A stretch of 64,000 nucleotides of DNA from the NCBI GenBank assembly GCA_964579205.1, contig CAZOFH010000002.1, positions 21,108-85,107 of the forward strand. The letters are read 5' to 3'. Each line of letters begins with the position of its first letter. Positions within the stretch are counted from its first letter, which is position 1. Shown piece by piece: positions 25,417 to 35,605 of this stretch. The position numbers were made by a program, and so were the translations under genes. The DNA is from an uncultured Christensenella sp. Its GTDB lineage: Bacteria; Bacillota; Clostridia; Christensenellales; UBA1242. The notes under the pieces were generated by a model, which was given only the letters and a program-made list of their open reading frames with translations, did not search any database and was not told the DNA's origin.

Positions 25417-28344
25417 ATGAAGTCTTATTCGACGACAAAATCCGTTTTGTTGACATTTTTTCTGATTGTGACCCTTATGGTTGCCTGCTTCGCTTTTGCG
25501 GCTTGTAGTATGGGCGACGCGTCGGAATTAAAGAACAATAGCGGTTTTGTGGTAAAGGGAGGAGATTTCCCCAAAGATGCGACCCTTGAGACTGAGGCTG
25601 TGGCGCTAGATAGTACCGAAGGGAAGCAGGTACTGAGCGCTATATCAGGGCAAAGTTATGACGAATCGCAGCCTGTTTATGTGTTTGACCTGTCTATCGT
25701 AAGCGACGGCGTCAAGGTGCAGCCTAGCGGCAAGGTCAAGGTCACCATCCCTGTGACCCAAAATCTCTCAGGCTACGATGTTTTGCATATCAAGAGCAAT
25801 GGGAGCATAGAGAGACTCTCTGCCACATATTCTCAAGGCAAGATAACTTTTGAGACGAGCAGTTTCTCAAAATTTGTATTAGTAAAGAAAATAACTCCAG
25901 CAGACGGTAGCGGCAGTAGTTCTGGCGACGGCACAAGTGCTGGAGGCGGTGCTGCTAGTGGGTCGACATTTACACTGTACTCAGTGGCGCGTACGATTAT
26001 CCCTAGCCGTAGTGATGGTGGGACTGTGCGCAATAGTAGCGATACAGATATCACTTATGATACTCAAAACATTGCACAAAACTCGCAGTATACCGTAAAG
26101 GCGCATTGCTATCCTGACTATTCGTTTTTAGGTTGGTATGAGGCGAGCGACTTTGATGAAGCGACCCAAGATACTCTGCTTTCCAAGGACGAAACATACA
26201 CTTTTACGCTCAGCAAAAATCTCAACATTCTAGCACTTTACGCGCACAAAGACGATGTTGTTGAGTTGGTACTGGATGCAAAGAGTTATGGTTTTAGTTA
26301 TAGGAATGGGCAGCCTACTACCACTCTGGTAGCGAAAGGTAGTGCAGACACTCCAGACCCTGACGATGTGGAAGTGAAAGGGTTAAAAGCGAATGGCTTT
26401 ACGATAGATGCCAAAAGTCAGGTGAATATTGACAAGGGTGGATTAGATTTCACCAAAGCCGGTACTTATACGATTACTTATTCGCACAAAAACAACCCTA
26501 ATATCAAGGCAGAACTCAAGATTCAGGTAGTAGAGGGTGGACACATTCTGAGTGTTTCTACTGCCGACAAATTGTATTTCCTTTATAACGGCGTATACAA
26601 TGACGACTCTTTTGAGGCGCTCATCCCTGAGGGAAAACTGATTACTCTCCAAACTAGAGCGAATGACCCATATGGTCAAGGCTATGGCTATTCATTCAAG
26701 GGTTGGTACAATGCGGGTGATGATAGTTTTGTTTCAAAAGATCTAGTATATTGTTTTGCAATGCCAGCCCACGATGTGAGCCTGTATGGCAAATATGAGC
26801 AGAGTTCTGTCTCATTGACCGTTGATATTGGTTATTTTGAAGGTGGGTTGATTGATGCATTCGGCAATACTTACCACGAGAGTGGTGCAATAAAAAGGTT
26901 TTATCAAGTTGGCGAAGAGGTAAGTTTTGCTGTCCAAGAGCGTAGTTCGTACGATTTCTTGGGGTGGTACAAGTACAATCCGACTACCAATTCGTATGAC
27001 GAACTGCTCGAGTCTGAGCGTACGATAAACTTGACGATTAGCGAGGCTATGGAAATCAAGGCTAGATTTAATGAGAAATTTGAGTCGCTAGAGGTTGACT
27101 CGGATACTCTAGCCAAGGCTGGATTTGTGAATGGCAAACTGGTGTATACGATTGGCGACGATGCTGTAGATTATGAGAATTTCGCTGTCAGCGGCGTCGG
27201 CAAATCGACAGGCAATTCTACCAGCCTCGCTGCCATCGATTATACGATTGACAATGGCTCGGTAAACTTTAATGCAGCCGGAACTTATACAATCACTTAT
27301 TCTTACAAACACGATGTGAATGTCGCTGCAGCAATATTGACCATTGTCGTAATCAATCCGCTAGAAGTGCAAATCGAATTTAACAATTCGCATTCGTATC
27401 TCGACCACTGGTACAATGGTAAGGCTGCGTTCATTTCGCTGCGCGATGTCACTGTCAACGGCGTGGCTCTGTATGATTTCCCTAAAAAATCAAAGATTTG
27501 GGAAAAGATTACCTACGCTTGGACGGACAAAAACACGGGCGCAAAAGTCGACACCCAAGACGTTGATGTGACGATTAACGGCACAACGATAGGCAATTTT
27601 GGGCCAACAAACGGAAAATTCACTGTCGGAAATGAATTCTGCGGCCCTGTCCAAGCAGGTCAATACAGGTTTGAATTGAAGTATGACGGCACGACAGCAT
27701 TTACTCAAGATGCGACGATTACGACCCTCGCTTACAAAAAAATTTCGTCAAAAGATGAGTTTAAGACAAATGAAGGTTCAATTTGTATAAACTTCTACTT
27801 GTACTACTACACAATCGTCGGCTATGCGGACGGTGACTACTACATTATGCAAATGCCTGATATTGGTGCAGACAATGTAGAGGTAGAGGCGCGCAAGGCG
27901 ACCCTAGACACCGACGGCAATCTTATTATTGGTGAAGGCAATGACTTTGCATTCGTGAATGCAAAATATTATGCAAATCAGAGTACCAATTATACCGAAT
28001 TCCTGACAGGCTACTATGGTTCATATGTCGATTATTCGTCTGCTAGTAGTACGGTAGGAGAATTTGGCTCGCCATACATCTACAGGACTGGCTACACTTC
28101 GGTGAGCGGCGGTAAGATTTATAGACAATATGGCAACAAGAGTTCATATGGCAACTCGACCGAGTTTGATTCTGAGAGCGGTGCTGTGACGATTTATTGT
28201 CCAAACAGGAGCGAAACCGCCAACACAAGGCTTCGCCTAGTCAAGGACGGCGACAAATATGTATTCACTAGTGTCGCAGCAGATACCGATACTAGAGACT
28301 CTTATGAGGTGTTCATCTACCAGAGCACTCAGACATCTCGATAA
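25417..28344 (+). CDS. large surface lipoprotein with InlB-B-repeat (Listeria-Bacteroides repeat)-like modules
   Basis: Signal peptide plus lipobox (AFAAC). G/S linker. Modules YPDYSFLGWYEASDF...LALYA, GYSFKGWYNAGDD...LYGKYE and SSYDFLGWYKYNP...IKARF. Confidence 0.88.
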   Translation: MKSYSTTKSVLLTFFLIVTLMVACFAFAACSMGDASELKNNSGFVVKGGDFPKDATLETEAVALDSTEGKQVLSAISGQSYDESQPVYVFDLSIVSDGVKVQPSGKVKVTIPVTQNLSGYDVLHIKSNGSIERLSATYSQGKITFETSSFSKFVLVKKITPADGSGSSSGDGTSAGGGAASGSTFTLYSVARTIIPSRSDGGTVRNSSDTDITYDTQNIAQNSQYTVKAHCYPDYSFLGWYEASDFDEATQDTLLSKDETYTFTLSKNLNILALYAHKDDVVELVLDAKSYGFSYRNGQPTTTLVAKGSADTPDPDDVEVKGLKANGFTIDAKSQVNIDKGGLDFTKAGTYTITYSHKNNPNIKAELKIQVVEGGHILSVSTADKLYFLYNGVYNDDSFEALIPEGKLITLQTRANDPYGQGYGYSFKGWYNAGDDSFVSKDLVYCFAMPAHDVSLYGKYEQSSVSLTVDIGYFEGGLIDAFGNTYHESGAIKRFYQVGEEVSFAVQERSSYDFLGWYKYNPTTNSYDELLESERTINLTISEAMEIKARFNEKFESLEVDSDTLAKAGFVNGKLVYTIGDDAVDYENFAVSGVGKSTGNSTSLAAIDYTIDNGSVNFNAAGTYTITYSYKHDVNVAAAILTIVVINPLEVQIEFNNSHSYLDHWYNGKAAFISLRDVTVNGVALYDFPKKSKIWEKITYAWTDKNTGAKVDTQDVDVTINGTTIGNFGPTNGKFTVGNEFCGPVQAGQYRFELKYDGTTAFTQDATITTLAYKKISSKDEFKTNEGSICINFYLYYYTIVGYADGDYYIMQMPDIGADNVEVEARKATLDTDGNLIIGEGNDFAFVNAKYYANQSTNYTEFLTGYYGSYVDYSSASSTVGEFGSPYIYRTGYTSVSGGKIYRQYGNKSSYGNSTEFDSESGAVTIYCPNRSETANTRLRLVKDGDKYVFTSVAADTDTRDSYEVFIYQSTQTSR

Positions 28345-28413
28345 TGTCCCGCACTGCGGTCGCTAGATTGTGATTAACGAGAAACTCAATTTGAGGCAGG
28401 TAGCAACAAAAAA

Positions 28414-28438
28414 AGTCGTAAGTTTTTACGGCTTTTTT
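28414..28438 (+). terminator. intrinsic terminator after 975-aa gene
   Basis: 8-bp stem AGTCGTAA/TTACGGCT (one G-U pair), GTTT loop, TTTTTT. Confidence 0.7.
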
Positions 28439-28680
28439 GTTTGTTTGGGCGCATTTCGCAGGCGCGCGGGGGTGTTGGCTGCTAGTAAAATGCTATGCAA
28501 AACTAAATCACAAAAGCCTCCTTACCAATTAAAATTGAGGCAAAATAGCCGCCCAAATCAAAAAAAATGAGCAAAAAAGCAGTTTTTTCACTAGTTTTGT
28601 CGATTTGAGCGTTGCTATGTGGTAAAATTTGCGCCCGTTCGGCAAACTGTGCTATATTGATATTGTAAAGGAGGGATAAT

Positions 28681-28821
28681 ATGAATTTGGCGGTGGTAAA
28701 TGGGTGTGAAAAGTTGAATTTGAGTAGTGAAAACTACAGATTGCTGTTGCTTTTTATGCGGAATTTTGATGATTATTTCGATTGCAACAATGTGGCGGAA
28801 ACGCTGAGTATTGATTTGTAA
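28681..28821 (+). CDS. hypothetical 46-aa protein (below ORF-track cutoff), translationally coupled to next gene
   Basis: Strong SD AAAGGAGGG 6 nt before ATG 28681. Its stop TAA overlaps the SD (TAAGGAG) of ORF 28831. C-terminal VAETLSIDL resembles the start of an HTH. Confidence 0.5.
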   Translation: MNLAVVNGCEKLNLSSENYRLLLLFMRNFDDYFDCNNVAETLSIDL

Positions 28822-28830
28822 GGAGTAAAA

Positions 28831-29229
28831 ATGCAGAGAAAATTGAAAAAAAGTGAAATTTTAACTTGCATAGTCGTGACTTTGTTGTTGGCGGTCGGCA
28901 GTTTGCTGCTGTTCGCTGCGTGTGGTGGCGTCAGCCCTGACGGCACTTGGAAAGTGGATAGGGTGGTAGTAGACGGTACGACTATTACCTCGACCGCGAC
29001 GGACAAAAAAGGGCAGGATGACATCTTTGGTAATGAGATAAAATTGAATACTGACAAGACGGGCACGGTAAAAATCGGGACAGCCTCCGCAGTTAGCGCT
29101 ACTTGGCGGCAGGAGGGTAATGCGATTGTTATCACTTATGGAGGTAGTGAGAATACATACACGCTGAGCGGTTCGGAATTGACTCGGACTGACGGCACGA
29201 CCAAGATTTTTTACAAAAAAGATGCTTGA
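28831..29229 (+). CDS. small lipoprotein (lipocalin-like beta-rich)
   Basis: Lipobox LLFAAC followed by GGVSPDGTWKVD. 132 aa. Confidence 0.8.
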   Translation: MQRKLKKSEILTCIVVTLLLAVGSLLLFAACGGVSPDGTWKVDRVVVDGTTITSTATDKKGQDDIFGNEIKLNTDKTGTVKIGTASAVSATWRQEGNAIVITYGGSENTYTLSGSELTRTDGTTKIFYKKDA

Positions 29230-29296
29230 GTGAATTGACTGTAGGGCGTGACCAAAAAGTCTACACGCATCAAAAAGTCAAAAATATCTCAAAAAA

Positions 29297-29329
29297 ACGA
29301 GTAAAAACGCTGTTTTTGCTCGTTTTTTT
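29297..29329 (+). terminator. strong intrinsic terminator
   Basis: 12-bp stem ACGAGTAAAAAC/GTTTTTGCTCGT (one G-U pair), 3-nt loop, TTTTTTTG. Confidence 0.8.
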
Positions 29330-29379
29330 GTTGTTTTCAAAGAATTTTGAGCCAAAAATATTTTTCTCTACAAAATTAT

Positions 29380-29408
29380 TTGCATTGTTTTGTAATTTTT
29401 TATATAAT
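29380..29408 (+). promoter_or_regulatory. sigma-A promoter (TTGCAT-17-TATAAT)
   Basis: TTGCAT 29380-29385, TATAAT 29403-29408, upstream of ORF 29436. Confidence 0.6.
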
Positions 29409-29435
29409 TAAAATATACAAAAATGGGGGCAAATT

Positions 29436-30962
29436 ATGACTGGAATGAATAGCAAAAGTTATAGAGAAATTCTCAAAATCGAGCGCGAGGTGGCGCAGGT
29501 AAACGAACCAGAGGACATCTCTGCGCTCGTGACTAGTGGTAGCGGCATTATCGCGAGAGTTCGGGCGAAATTGCATCAACAGATGCTGCAAGAGGCAAAG
29601 AAAGTTCGTCAGCCAAAGTATGAACTGGTGTATGAGGACAGCCGCAAAATCATCAACAAAGATGTTAGCCCCGCTCGGGAGTACACCATTTATCGTATCA
29701 GGGCGTTGCGCAATATCGCTACGCCGTTTGGCAATATCAAAAAGGGCGATTTGGGCGGTTTTGTGCAGCACGAAAACAATATTTATCAATTCGATGATAC
29801 GTGGGTGTTTGACGGCTGCGTTTTTTGTGGCGACAATGCGCAAATTCGTGACAATTCATACATTTGTGACGGTGCGCAGTGCATTAGCAATTCGGGCGTA
29901 ATCAGGAATTCTATCCTAAAAGGCGATGTCAAAGTGGGCGGCAACGGCTTTTTGGTCATTGACGATAGTCTGCTGAATGGGGTCGTGCGTTTGACTGGTA
30001 ATGATATTGATATCAACGGCGCGCTAATCAACGGCAAGGGGAAACAAGGGGTAGTGGCTGAGAATTTGCGCACATTGGACACCGAAACAAGGGGTACTAA
30101 TGCCGCAGGTGCCAAAAAAGGTGTTGAGCAAAAATTTGCCAACATTATCGCTGGCGACGGTATCGTGGTGAAAACTTGGGCGTCGGTAGAGAATACAATT
30201 ATTAGGAATGCGGTCAAAATCCAAGGCGCAAATCTGCTCTACTGTAATGTTTCTGGCAATGTAGAGGTACTGGATTCGGTTATTAGAAATTCCCAAATTT
30301 CTGGCAAGGCAAATATCGTGCAGTCGTATGTGTCGGACGGTTGTTCAATCGGCGACAATGCCCACATCACAAAATCGAATATCAAGGATTGCGAAATGTC
30401 TGGGGGTAGCGTGGTGGTAAACTGCCACCTCGACGGCTCAAAAGTCGCAGACAATGCGCTGCTCATTGATGTTGAGGCTCGTTCTCAATGCAAATTCGAC
30501 AAATCCGCGCAGGTTATCAAGGTAATTACGCAAAAAAGCAGTTTTACCGACAACTGCATTGTCAATTCAGACGCTCGCTACTATGTGTCAAATTCTATCG
30601 TGCTAGGTAATGCAAAAGTCAGCAATAGCAATCTCGATTTTGTAGTTGCGACGGATGACGCCTCGATTTTTGGCTCAAACCTCACAGGTGGCAAGGGCGG
30701 CAGTGCAGTGATAGTAGGAGGTAATGCCGATGTACAGAATTCAATTATCATCGTCGCAAAAGAGGGTGGGGTGATTGACCGTGATGCCACTGTCAAAAAC
30801 TCAACCATCCAAGGCTCATTCATTCTATCAAAAGGTGTCAATATCGACAACTGTATCAAGATTGGCAACTACTTTGCCGACGGCACAGATAATACTTTTG
30901 ACGACACAATGTCGGTAGAGAAGAGGGGGGCAGAGTCAACGCAAATGCAAGCAAAAATGTAG
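29436..30962 (+). CDS. YdcK-like left-handed beta-helix repeat protein, unknown function
   Basis: IYRIRALRNIATPFGNIKKGDLGGFVQHENNIYQFDDTWVFDGCVFCGDNAQIRDNS resembles the E. coli YdcK N-terminal region. It is followed by about 350 aa of degenerate hexapeptide-like repeats (NS.I.G.A.V). Confidence 0.7.
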   Translation: MTGMNSKSYREILKIEREVAQVNEPEDISALVTSGSGIIARVRAKLHQQMLQEAKKVRQPKYELVYEDSRKIINKDVSPAREYTIYRIRALRNIATPFGNIKKGDLGGFVQHENNIYQFDDTWVFDGCVFCGDNAQIRDNSYICDGAQCISNSGVIRNSILKGDVKVGGNGFLVIDDSLLNGVVRLTGNDIDINGALINGKGKQGVVAENLRTLDTETRGTNAAGAKKGVEQKFANIIAGDGIVVKTWASVENTIIRNAVKIQGANLLYCNVSGNVEVLDSVIRNSQISGKANIVQSYVSDGCSIGDNAHITKSNIKDCEMSGGSVVVNCHLDGSKVADNALLIDVEARSQCKFDKSAQVIKVITQKSSFTDNCIVNSDARYYVSNSIVLGNAKVSNSNLDFVVATDDASIFGSNLTGGKGGSAVIVGGNADVQNSIIIVAKEGGVIDRDATVKNSTIQGSFILSKGVNIDNCIKIGNYFADGTDNTFDDTMSVEKRGAESTQMQAKM

Positions 30963-30991
30963 TTTTGACCATTTTTGCGCCATTTTAAGCC

Positions 30992-31034
30992 CACTCACGC
31001 AAGTACTATGCGTTGCATAGTACTTGCGTGAGTG
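30992..31034. repeat. perfect 20-bp-arm inverted repeat (43-nt hairpin)
   Basis: CACTCACGCAAGTACTATGC-GTT-GCATAGTACTTGCGTGAGTG. No flanking T-tract on either strand. Confidence 0.9.
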
Positions 31035-31047
31035 CATAATATATAAT

Positions 31048-31074
31048 AAAAAAAGAAGCAATTTTGCTTCTTTT
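31048..31074. terminator. bidirectional intrinsic terminator
   Basis: A-run, GAAGCA-ATTT-TGCTTC, T-run. Lies between convergent genes. Confidence 0.65.
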
Positions 31075-32407
31075 AGTTTTGTGTAGTGCGATTTTGCTTT
31101 TTGGTGTGGTGAGTATTGCGCAGGGTGCGGCGCTTTTTGCCGAGTTTGCTGCTGCCGTTGATGCTGATTTTGTCATTGTAGCGGCTGCCAGTCGTGCGCC
31201 CTGAGATGATGGCGCGTTTCTCACGAGATTTGATATTGAGTTTTTTACCGCGTGGCTTGTTTTGAGTAGGCTCTCTCTGAGTAGTGGTACCATTTAGTGT
31301 TAGACTAGATGCGGTAATTTTTGATTTTGTTTTTCTTTCGATTTCTAGGATGTCGGCGATTTGTTCAGGGGTATTGAGCAGGGTGTACGCGTTACCAGTT
31401 TTACCTGCACGTCCTGTACGACCGACACGGTGAATGTAGTATTCGTTGTTTTGTGGCAGGTCAAAGTTTATGACGTGCATAATGTCCTTTACATCAATAC
31501 CGCGCGCCGCGATGTCAGTGGTCACGAGCAGGTTATTCAACTCTGCCTTGTACTCGTTCATCACGCGTTTGCGCACGTTTTGCGGCATATCGCCGTGCAG
31601 TGCGAGCGCCATAAAGCCCATTTTCCTCAGATAAACCTGTACGCTGTCCACCATTTTCTTTGTATTGCAAAAAATTATGGTTCTGCCGCGAGGCAACTCG
31701 CTGAGTAGCGCGTGCAAAGCGCGTTTTTTCTTGTCTTTTGGGCATACAAAATAACTTTGCTTGATGCTCGCGATTGTGGTGTTCGGTGAGCCGACTTGGA
31801 TAGTCGTCGGCTTTTTCATAAAGTTTTTGGTAATCGACATAATGTCCTTTGACATTGTCGCACTAAACATTATCGTTTGGCGAGTGGGTGGGGTATTGCG
31901 CAAAATTTCTTCTATATCTGCTCTAAATCCCATATTGAGCATTTCGTCTGCCTCGTCGAGAACGACGCGCTCAACTAGCCCAAGTTTTAGTGTTTTGCGT
32001 TTGATGTGGTCGAGAATTCTCCCCGGTGTGCCGATGACGATGTTTGCGCCACGCTTTAGGTTGTAGATTTGTCGCTGCATATCAGCACCGCCATAAACTG
32101 CCACAGCGCGCACCCCATCGAGACGGCTGGTCACTTTTTTGACCTCTAGCAAAATCTGCTCAGCCAACTCTCTAGTAGGGCACAGCACAATCGACTGCAC
32201 ATACTTTTGTGGAGTGGTGTTTTGGATGAGCGGTAGGGAAAACGCAAAAGTTTTGCCCGTACCGGTCTGACTCAGCCCTACGACATCCTTTCCTTCCAAG
32301 ACCGTAGGGATAGCGCGGGCTTGAATTTCTGTCGGGGCGGTGATTTCCAAATCGCGCAAAATCGCTACGATTTCGTCATTTAGCCCCAAATCGCTAAATA
32401 ATTTCAT
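31073..32407 (-). CDS. DEAD-box ATP-dependent RNA helicase with basic C-terminal tail
   Basis: Q motif (PTEIQ), SQTGTGKT, DEAD (VLDEADEML), SAT, TDIAARGID, HRVGRTGRAG. R/K-rich tail. Confidence 0.93.
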   Translation of the reverse strand: MKLFSDLGLNDEIVAILRDLEITAPTEIQARAIPTVLEGKDVVGLSQTGTGKTFAFSLPLIQNTTPQKYVQSIVLCPTRELAEQILLEVKKVTSRLDGVRAVAVYGGADMQRQIYNLKRGANIVIGTPGRILDHIKRKTLKLGLVERVVLDEADEMLNMGFRADIEEILRNTPPTRQTIMFSATMSKDIMSITKNFMKKPTTIQVGSPNTTIASIKQSYFVCPKDKKKRALHALLSELPRGRTIIFCNTKKMVDSVQVYLRKMGFMALALHGDMPQNVRKRVMNEYKAELNNLLVTTDIAARGIDVKDIMHVINFDLPQNNEYYIHRVGRTGRAGKTGNAYTLLNTPEQIADILEIERKTKSKITASSLTLNGTTTQREPTQNKPRGKKLNIKSREKRAIISGRTTGSRYNDKISINGSSKLGKKRRTLRNTHHTKKQNRTTQN

Positions 32408-32721
32408 TTTTTTACCTCTATAATCGTTTTTTTGTACAAAATCGGTCGTTTGATTGATTTACAAAGCAATCATTTGCGCTTTACTTTTGTAAAATCAAAA
32501 AAAACAAATACAGAGATATTTGCCAAGCGCATTAAAATTAAAATTCATTTGTACTCTTTTTATTCTATCATAAGTATTGCCTTTTGTCAATATTTAAAAA
32601 ATTTTTTGCGCCGAATTAGTTAAATTTGGGTTCAAAAAGTAGAATTTTGGGTTATTCGGTTGTAAAAAAATCGAATTTAGTGGTATAATATCTGTATCTA
32701 TCAATATTATAAGGAGTAAAA

Positions 32722-34191
32722 ATGAATAAATTTGCAAAAACGATGTGCTTTATGTTGTTGGCTATCGTGATGCCATGTTGCATATTTTTTGCAGGATGCT
32801 CAGATTCGGTGGCGGTCAAGAATATTGAATATACCAGCACAAACGGGCTGGTGGATACGTATACTATCACTTATACAGATGGCACGACCTCGACTTTTCA
32901 GGTAAAAAATGGTGCCAACGGTGCGAACGGCAAGGATGGCAAAGATGCTGCTGATGTAACTGTAGACGACCTTTTTAATGAGTATTTGACGCTTCATCCC
33001 GACGCTACTTATGACGATTTTTTGCACGAATACCTGACATATGAGAATATCGACAAGACGAGGGTCACTAATGAGTGCCTGCTGTCTAGTATGATTTTGT
33101 ATTCTGAGTTCAAGACGACGGAAACGGTGCAAACAAGTTTTTGGACCACTGCAACCAATGATACCGTGTCTCGTAGCGGTGGCTCGGGCGTGATTTACAA
33201 AATTGAGGACGATTATACCTATATTATCACGAATTACCACGTTGTGTACAGTTCAAGTGTCAATGCTGACAACAACGGCAACATTGCTTATAGGGTGGTG
33301 GGCTATCTGTACGGCTCTGAGGGGGCAAATTCAGTAGTCAAGGATACCAACGGGAATAACGTGCTCAAGGATGGCTATCCTCAATATGACTATGGCAAGT
33401 ATGGTATCGAACTCGAGTACATCGGTGGTAGCGGTGAGAAAGATTTGGCGATTTTGAGGACAAATACCGCAAAATTGAAGCAAATTAATGAAAATGTAAA
33501 GGAAATTACCTTTGCTGACGACTACACTGTGGGCGAAACGGCTATCGCGGTCGGCAATGTCGAAGGTATGGGCTTGAGCGTGACTGAGGGTGTCGTGAGC
33601 GTGGAAAGTGAGTATATCACGCTCGCGATTGACCAAACTAGGCAGTATCGCTCGATGAGAATTGATACTTCGATTTATCACGGTAGTTCGGGCGGTGGTT
33701 TGTTTAACGAAAAGGGTCAACTCATCGGTATTACAAACTCAGGTGACGGCGACGACCAAAATGTAAACTACGCAATTCCGCTGAGTATTGTCAAAAATAC
33801 TGTAGAAAACATCTTATATTATTATAATGACGGCGACGCTGCGACGACTAGCGCATACAAAGTGACTTTGGGTGTGACTGTTCAGGCGAAAGAATCAAAA
33901 TTTGTCTACGACAAAACCATGGGTAGCGGTAGGGTGGTAGAGACAATCGGCGTTATTGAGGTGGCAGACAACACTATCGCGTACAAGATGAATTTGGAGA
34001 AAGATGACGTTTTGATGGCGTTTTTCATCGGTTCGACTAGGTATGACCTCGACAAAAACTACGAATTGGGTGATTTGCTGCTAACGGTGCGCGAGGGTGA
34101 CAAGATTTATTTTGAAGTAAAGCGCGGCGATGATAGTATTAATTCAACACAATACACCATTTTGGCTAGTGACTTAGTCGCTCTGAAATAA
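32722..34191 (+). CDS. trypsin-like (S1/HtrA-type) serine protease lipoprotein
   Basis: Lipobox FFAGC. Short GANGANGKDGKD triplet run. GSGVIYKI..YIITNYHVV (His), DLAILR (Asp), HGSSGGGLFNEKGQLIGI (Ser). Confidence 0.85.
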   Translation: MNKFAKTMCFMLLAIVMPCCIFFAGCSDSVAVKNIEYTSTNGLVDTYTITYTDGTTSTFQVKNGANGANGKDGKDAADVTVDDLFNEYLTLHPDATYDDFLHEYLTYENIDKTRVTNECLLSSMILYSEFKTTETVQTSFWTTATNDTVSRSGGSGVIYKIEDDYTYIITNYHVVYSSSVNADNNGNIAYRVVGYLYGSEGANSVVKDTNGNNVLKDGYPQYDYGKYGIELEYIGGSGEKDLAILRTNTAKLKQINENVKEITFADDYTVGETAIAVGNVEGMGLSVTEGVVSVESEYITLAIDQTRQYRSMRIDTSIYHGSSGGGLFNEKGQLIGITNSGDGDDQNVNYAIPLSIVKNTVENILYYYNDGDAATTSAYKVTLGVTVQAKESKFVYDKTMGSGRVVETIGVIEVADNTIAYKMNLEKDDVLMAFFIGSTRYDLDKNYELGDLLLTVREGDKIYFEVKRGDDSINSTQYTILASDLVALK

Positions 34192-34214
34192 TTACAAACA
34201 AAAAACAGTCTCAA

Positions 34215-34250
34215 ATAGCGTGATTTGAGATTGTTTTTTGTTTGCGGCAA
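34215..34250 (+). terminator. intrinsic terminator after protease gene
   Basis: 12-bp stem ACAGTCTCAAAT/ATTTGAGATTGT (one G-U pair), 6-nt loop, TTTTTT. Confidence 0.75.
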
Positions 34251-34557
34251 GAAAGTAGAGGCGGCTTTTTTGTGGTGGAATTTGGCACGATTGATTGTAG
34301 GGTGGTTTTGCATAAATATAAGTTTTGATGAATAATCACCATTTGCTGTAATAGGGCATATAATACTTGTATTGCGAGTAAATTGAGTAAATTATGTTGC
34401 ATAATCGAAATTTGCTTGACCAAAGTATATATTTTTTGATATAATTATGGGAATTGTGTGCGGTTTGCGTAATTTCTGTGAGTTTTTCGTAAGTTGGGTA
34501 AAATGTATAATTATGCAAAATCGCTGCAGAGCAAAACAAAAAATCGGGGGTGATGTA

Positions 34558-35043
34558 ATGAGAGTTTGTCATACGCAGGCTATGAAAATGATTAAGGAAT
34601 ATGAGGAGCAAAAGAGGCTATTGCTTAGGCGAGAAGCAGAGAACTTTAGAGTGTCGTACAAAGAGGGGGAACAAAAAATCGCTACCGATTATGACTACGC
34701 GGCTGTACGGGCTGAGATTACACGCCTCGATGCTGAGGTGCGCAAAATAAGGTCAGCCTTGGCAAAAGCGAACTGCTCGGTCAAAATCGACGGCTTTGAT
34801 TTGACTATTGGCGAAGCGCTGGTTTATTTGGCGCAGTTGTGTAACGAAAGGCAGCATTTGGACGGAATGGCAGACAACAATCAGTTGTCACGCCGCTTGA
34901 CGACAAATGGGGTAATAGAGTACACTGAGTGTCTATTCGATGTCGCAAAGGTCAAAAAGGATGCTGGCGACTTGAGACAAAAGATTAGCGAATTGCAAAT
35001 CGCTATTGATAGGGCAAATTTGGTTAATTTTATTGAATTTTAA
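34558..35043 (+). CDS. DIP1984-family (septicolysin-like) coiled-coil protein
   Basis: ATG 34558 after GGGGGTG. About 161 aa. TIGEALVYLAQL...EYTECLFDVAKVKKDAGDLRQKISELQIAIDRANLVNFIEF matches my recollection of the DIP1984 family pattern. The ORF-track start 34447 lies at the predicted promoter and transcription start (-10 at 34440-34445). Confidence 0.5.
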   Translation: MRVCHTQAMKMIKEYEEQKRLLLRREAENFRVSYKEGEQKIATDYDYAAVRAEITRLDAEVRKIRSALAKANCSVKIDGFDLTIGEALVYLAQLCNERQHLDGMADNNQLSRRLTTNGVIEYTECLFDVAKVKKDAGDLRQKISELQIAIDRANLVNFIEF

Positions 35044-35576
35044 TTGATTTTTCTGCGATATGCGCCCGTTCGAGCCGATTTTTCGTTCGCAAGAGCGATT
35101 TTGAGGTGACAACATCTTTTTTTGAGTGGTAAATTTGTTAGCCGTTCATTCGTTATGCGCTTGAGTAGTTGTGAGAATTGTGGAGTATTAATTTATTGTT
35201 TATTGTTAATTTTTGAATAATATTTATTAGCATATCGGAAAACTTTTTTGAGGCGGTGGAAGTTCAGTTTCAGACTGTCTCTTTTTTGTTATCTGAGATA
35301 GAATAGTAGTTTTTTGGCGTTTGTGTAGAGTGTAAGGTTGCTGTTTTTTGTATTTAGGGAGAGAAGTTGATTTGAGTGGTATATTATTATGGCGATAATT
35401 GAGTGATTTGCCGCGTTTTGTGATGGAATAAGGGGGATAATCACCAAAATTCTGTAGAATTATGCAAGTACTATGCAGGTATTACGCGTTGAATAGTAGC
35501 CAAAAACTTGTTGCATACCAAATCTTAAAGACCAAGGAAAGAAGTCAATTCAATCCCCGCAAAAACACAAACAAAA

Positions 35577-35600
35577 ACCACCCACCGAAACGGTGGGTGG
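35577..35600 (-). terminator. intrinsic terminator after tRNA-Asn
   Basis: On the minus strand, CCACCCACCG-TTTC-GGTGGGTGG followed by TTTTTGTTTG. Confidence 0.75.
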
Positions 35601-35605
35601 TAAAC

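Noticed and set aside
32890-32960. Collagen-like domain in the protease lipoprotein (GANGANGKDGKD)
   Set aside because: Only about four G-X-Y triplets are present, which is too short to support a collagen triple-helix call.
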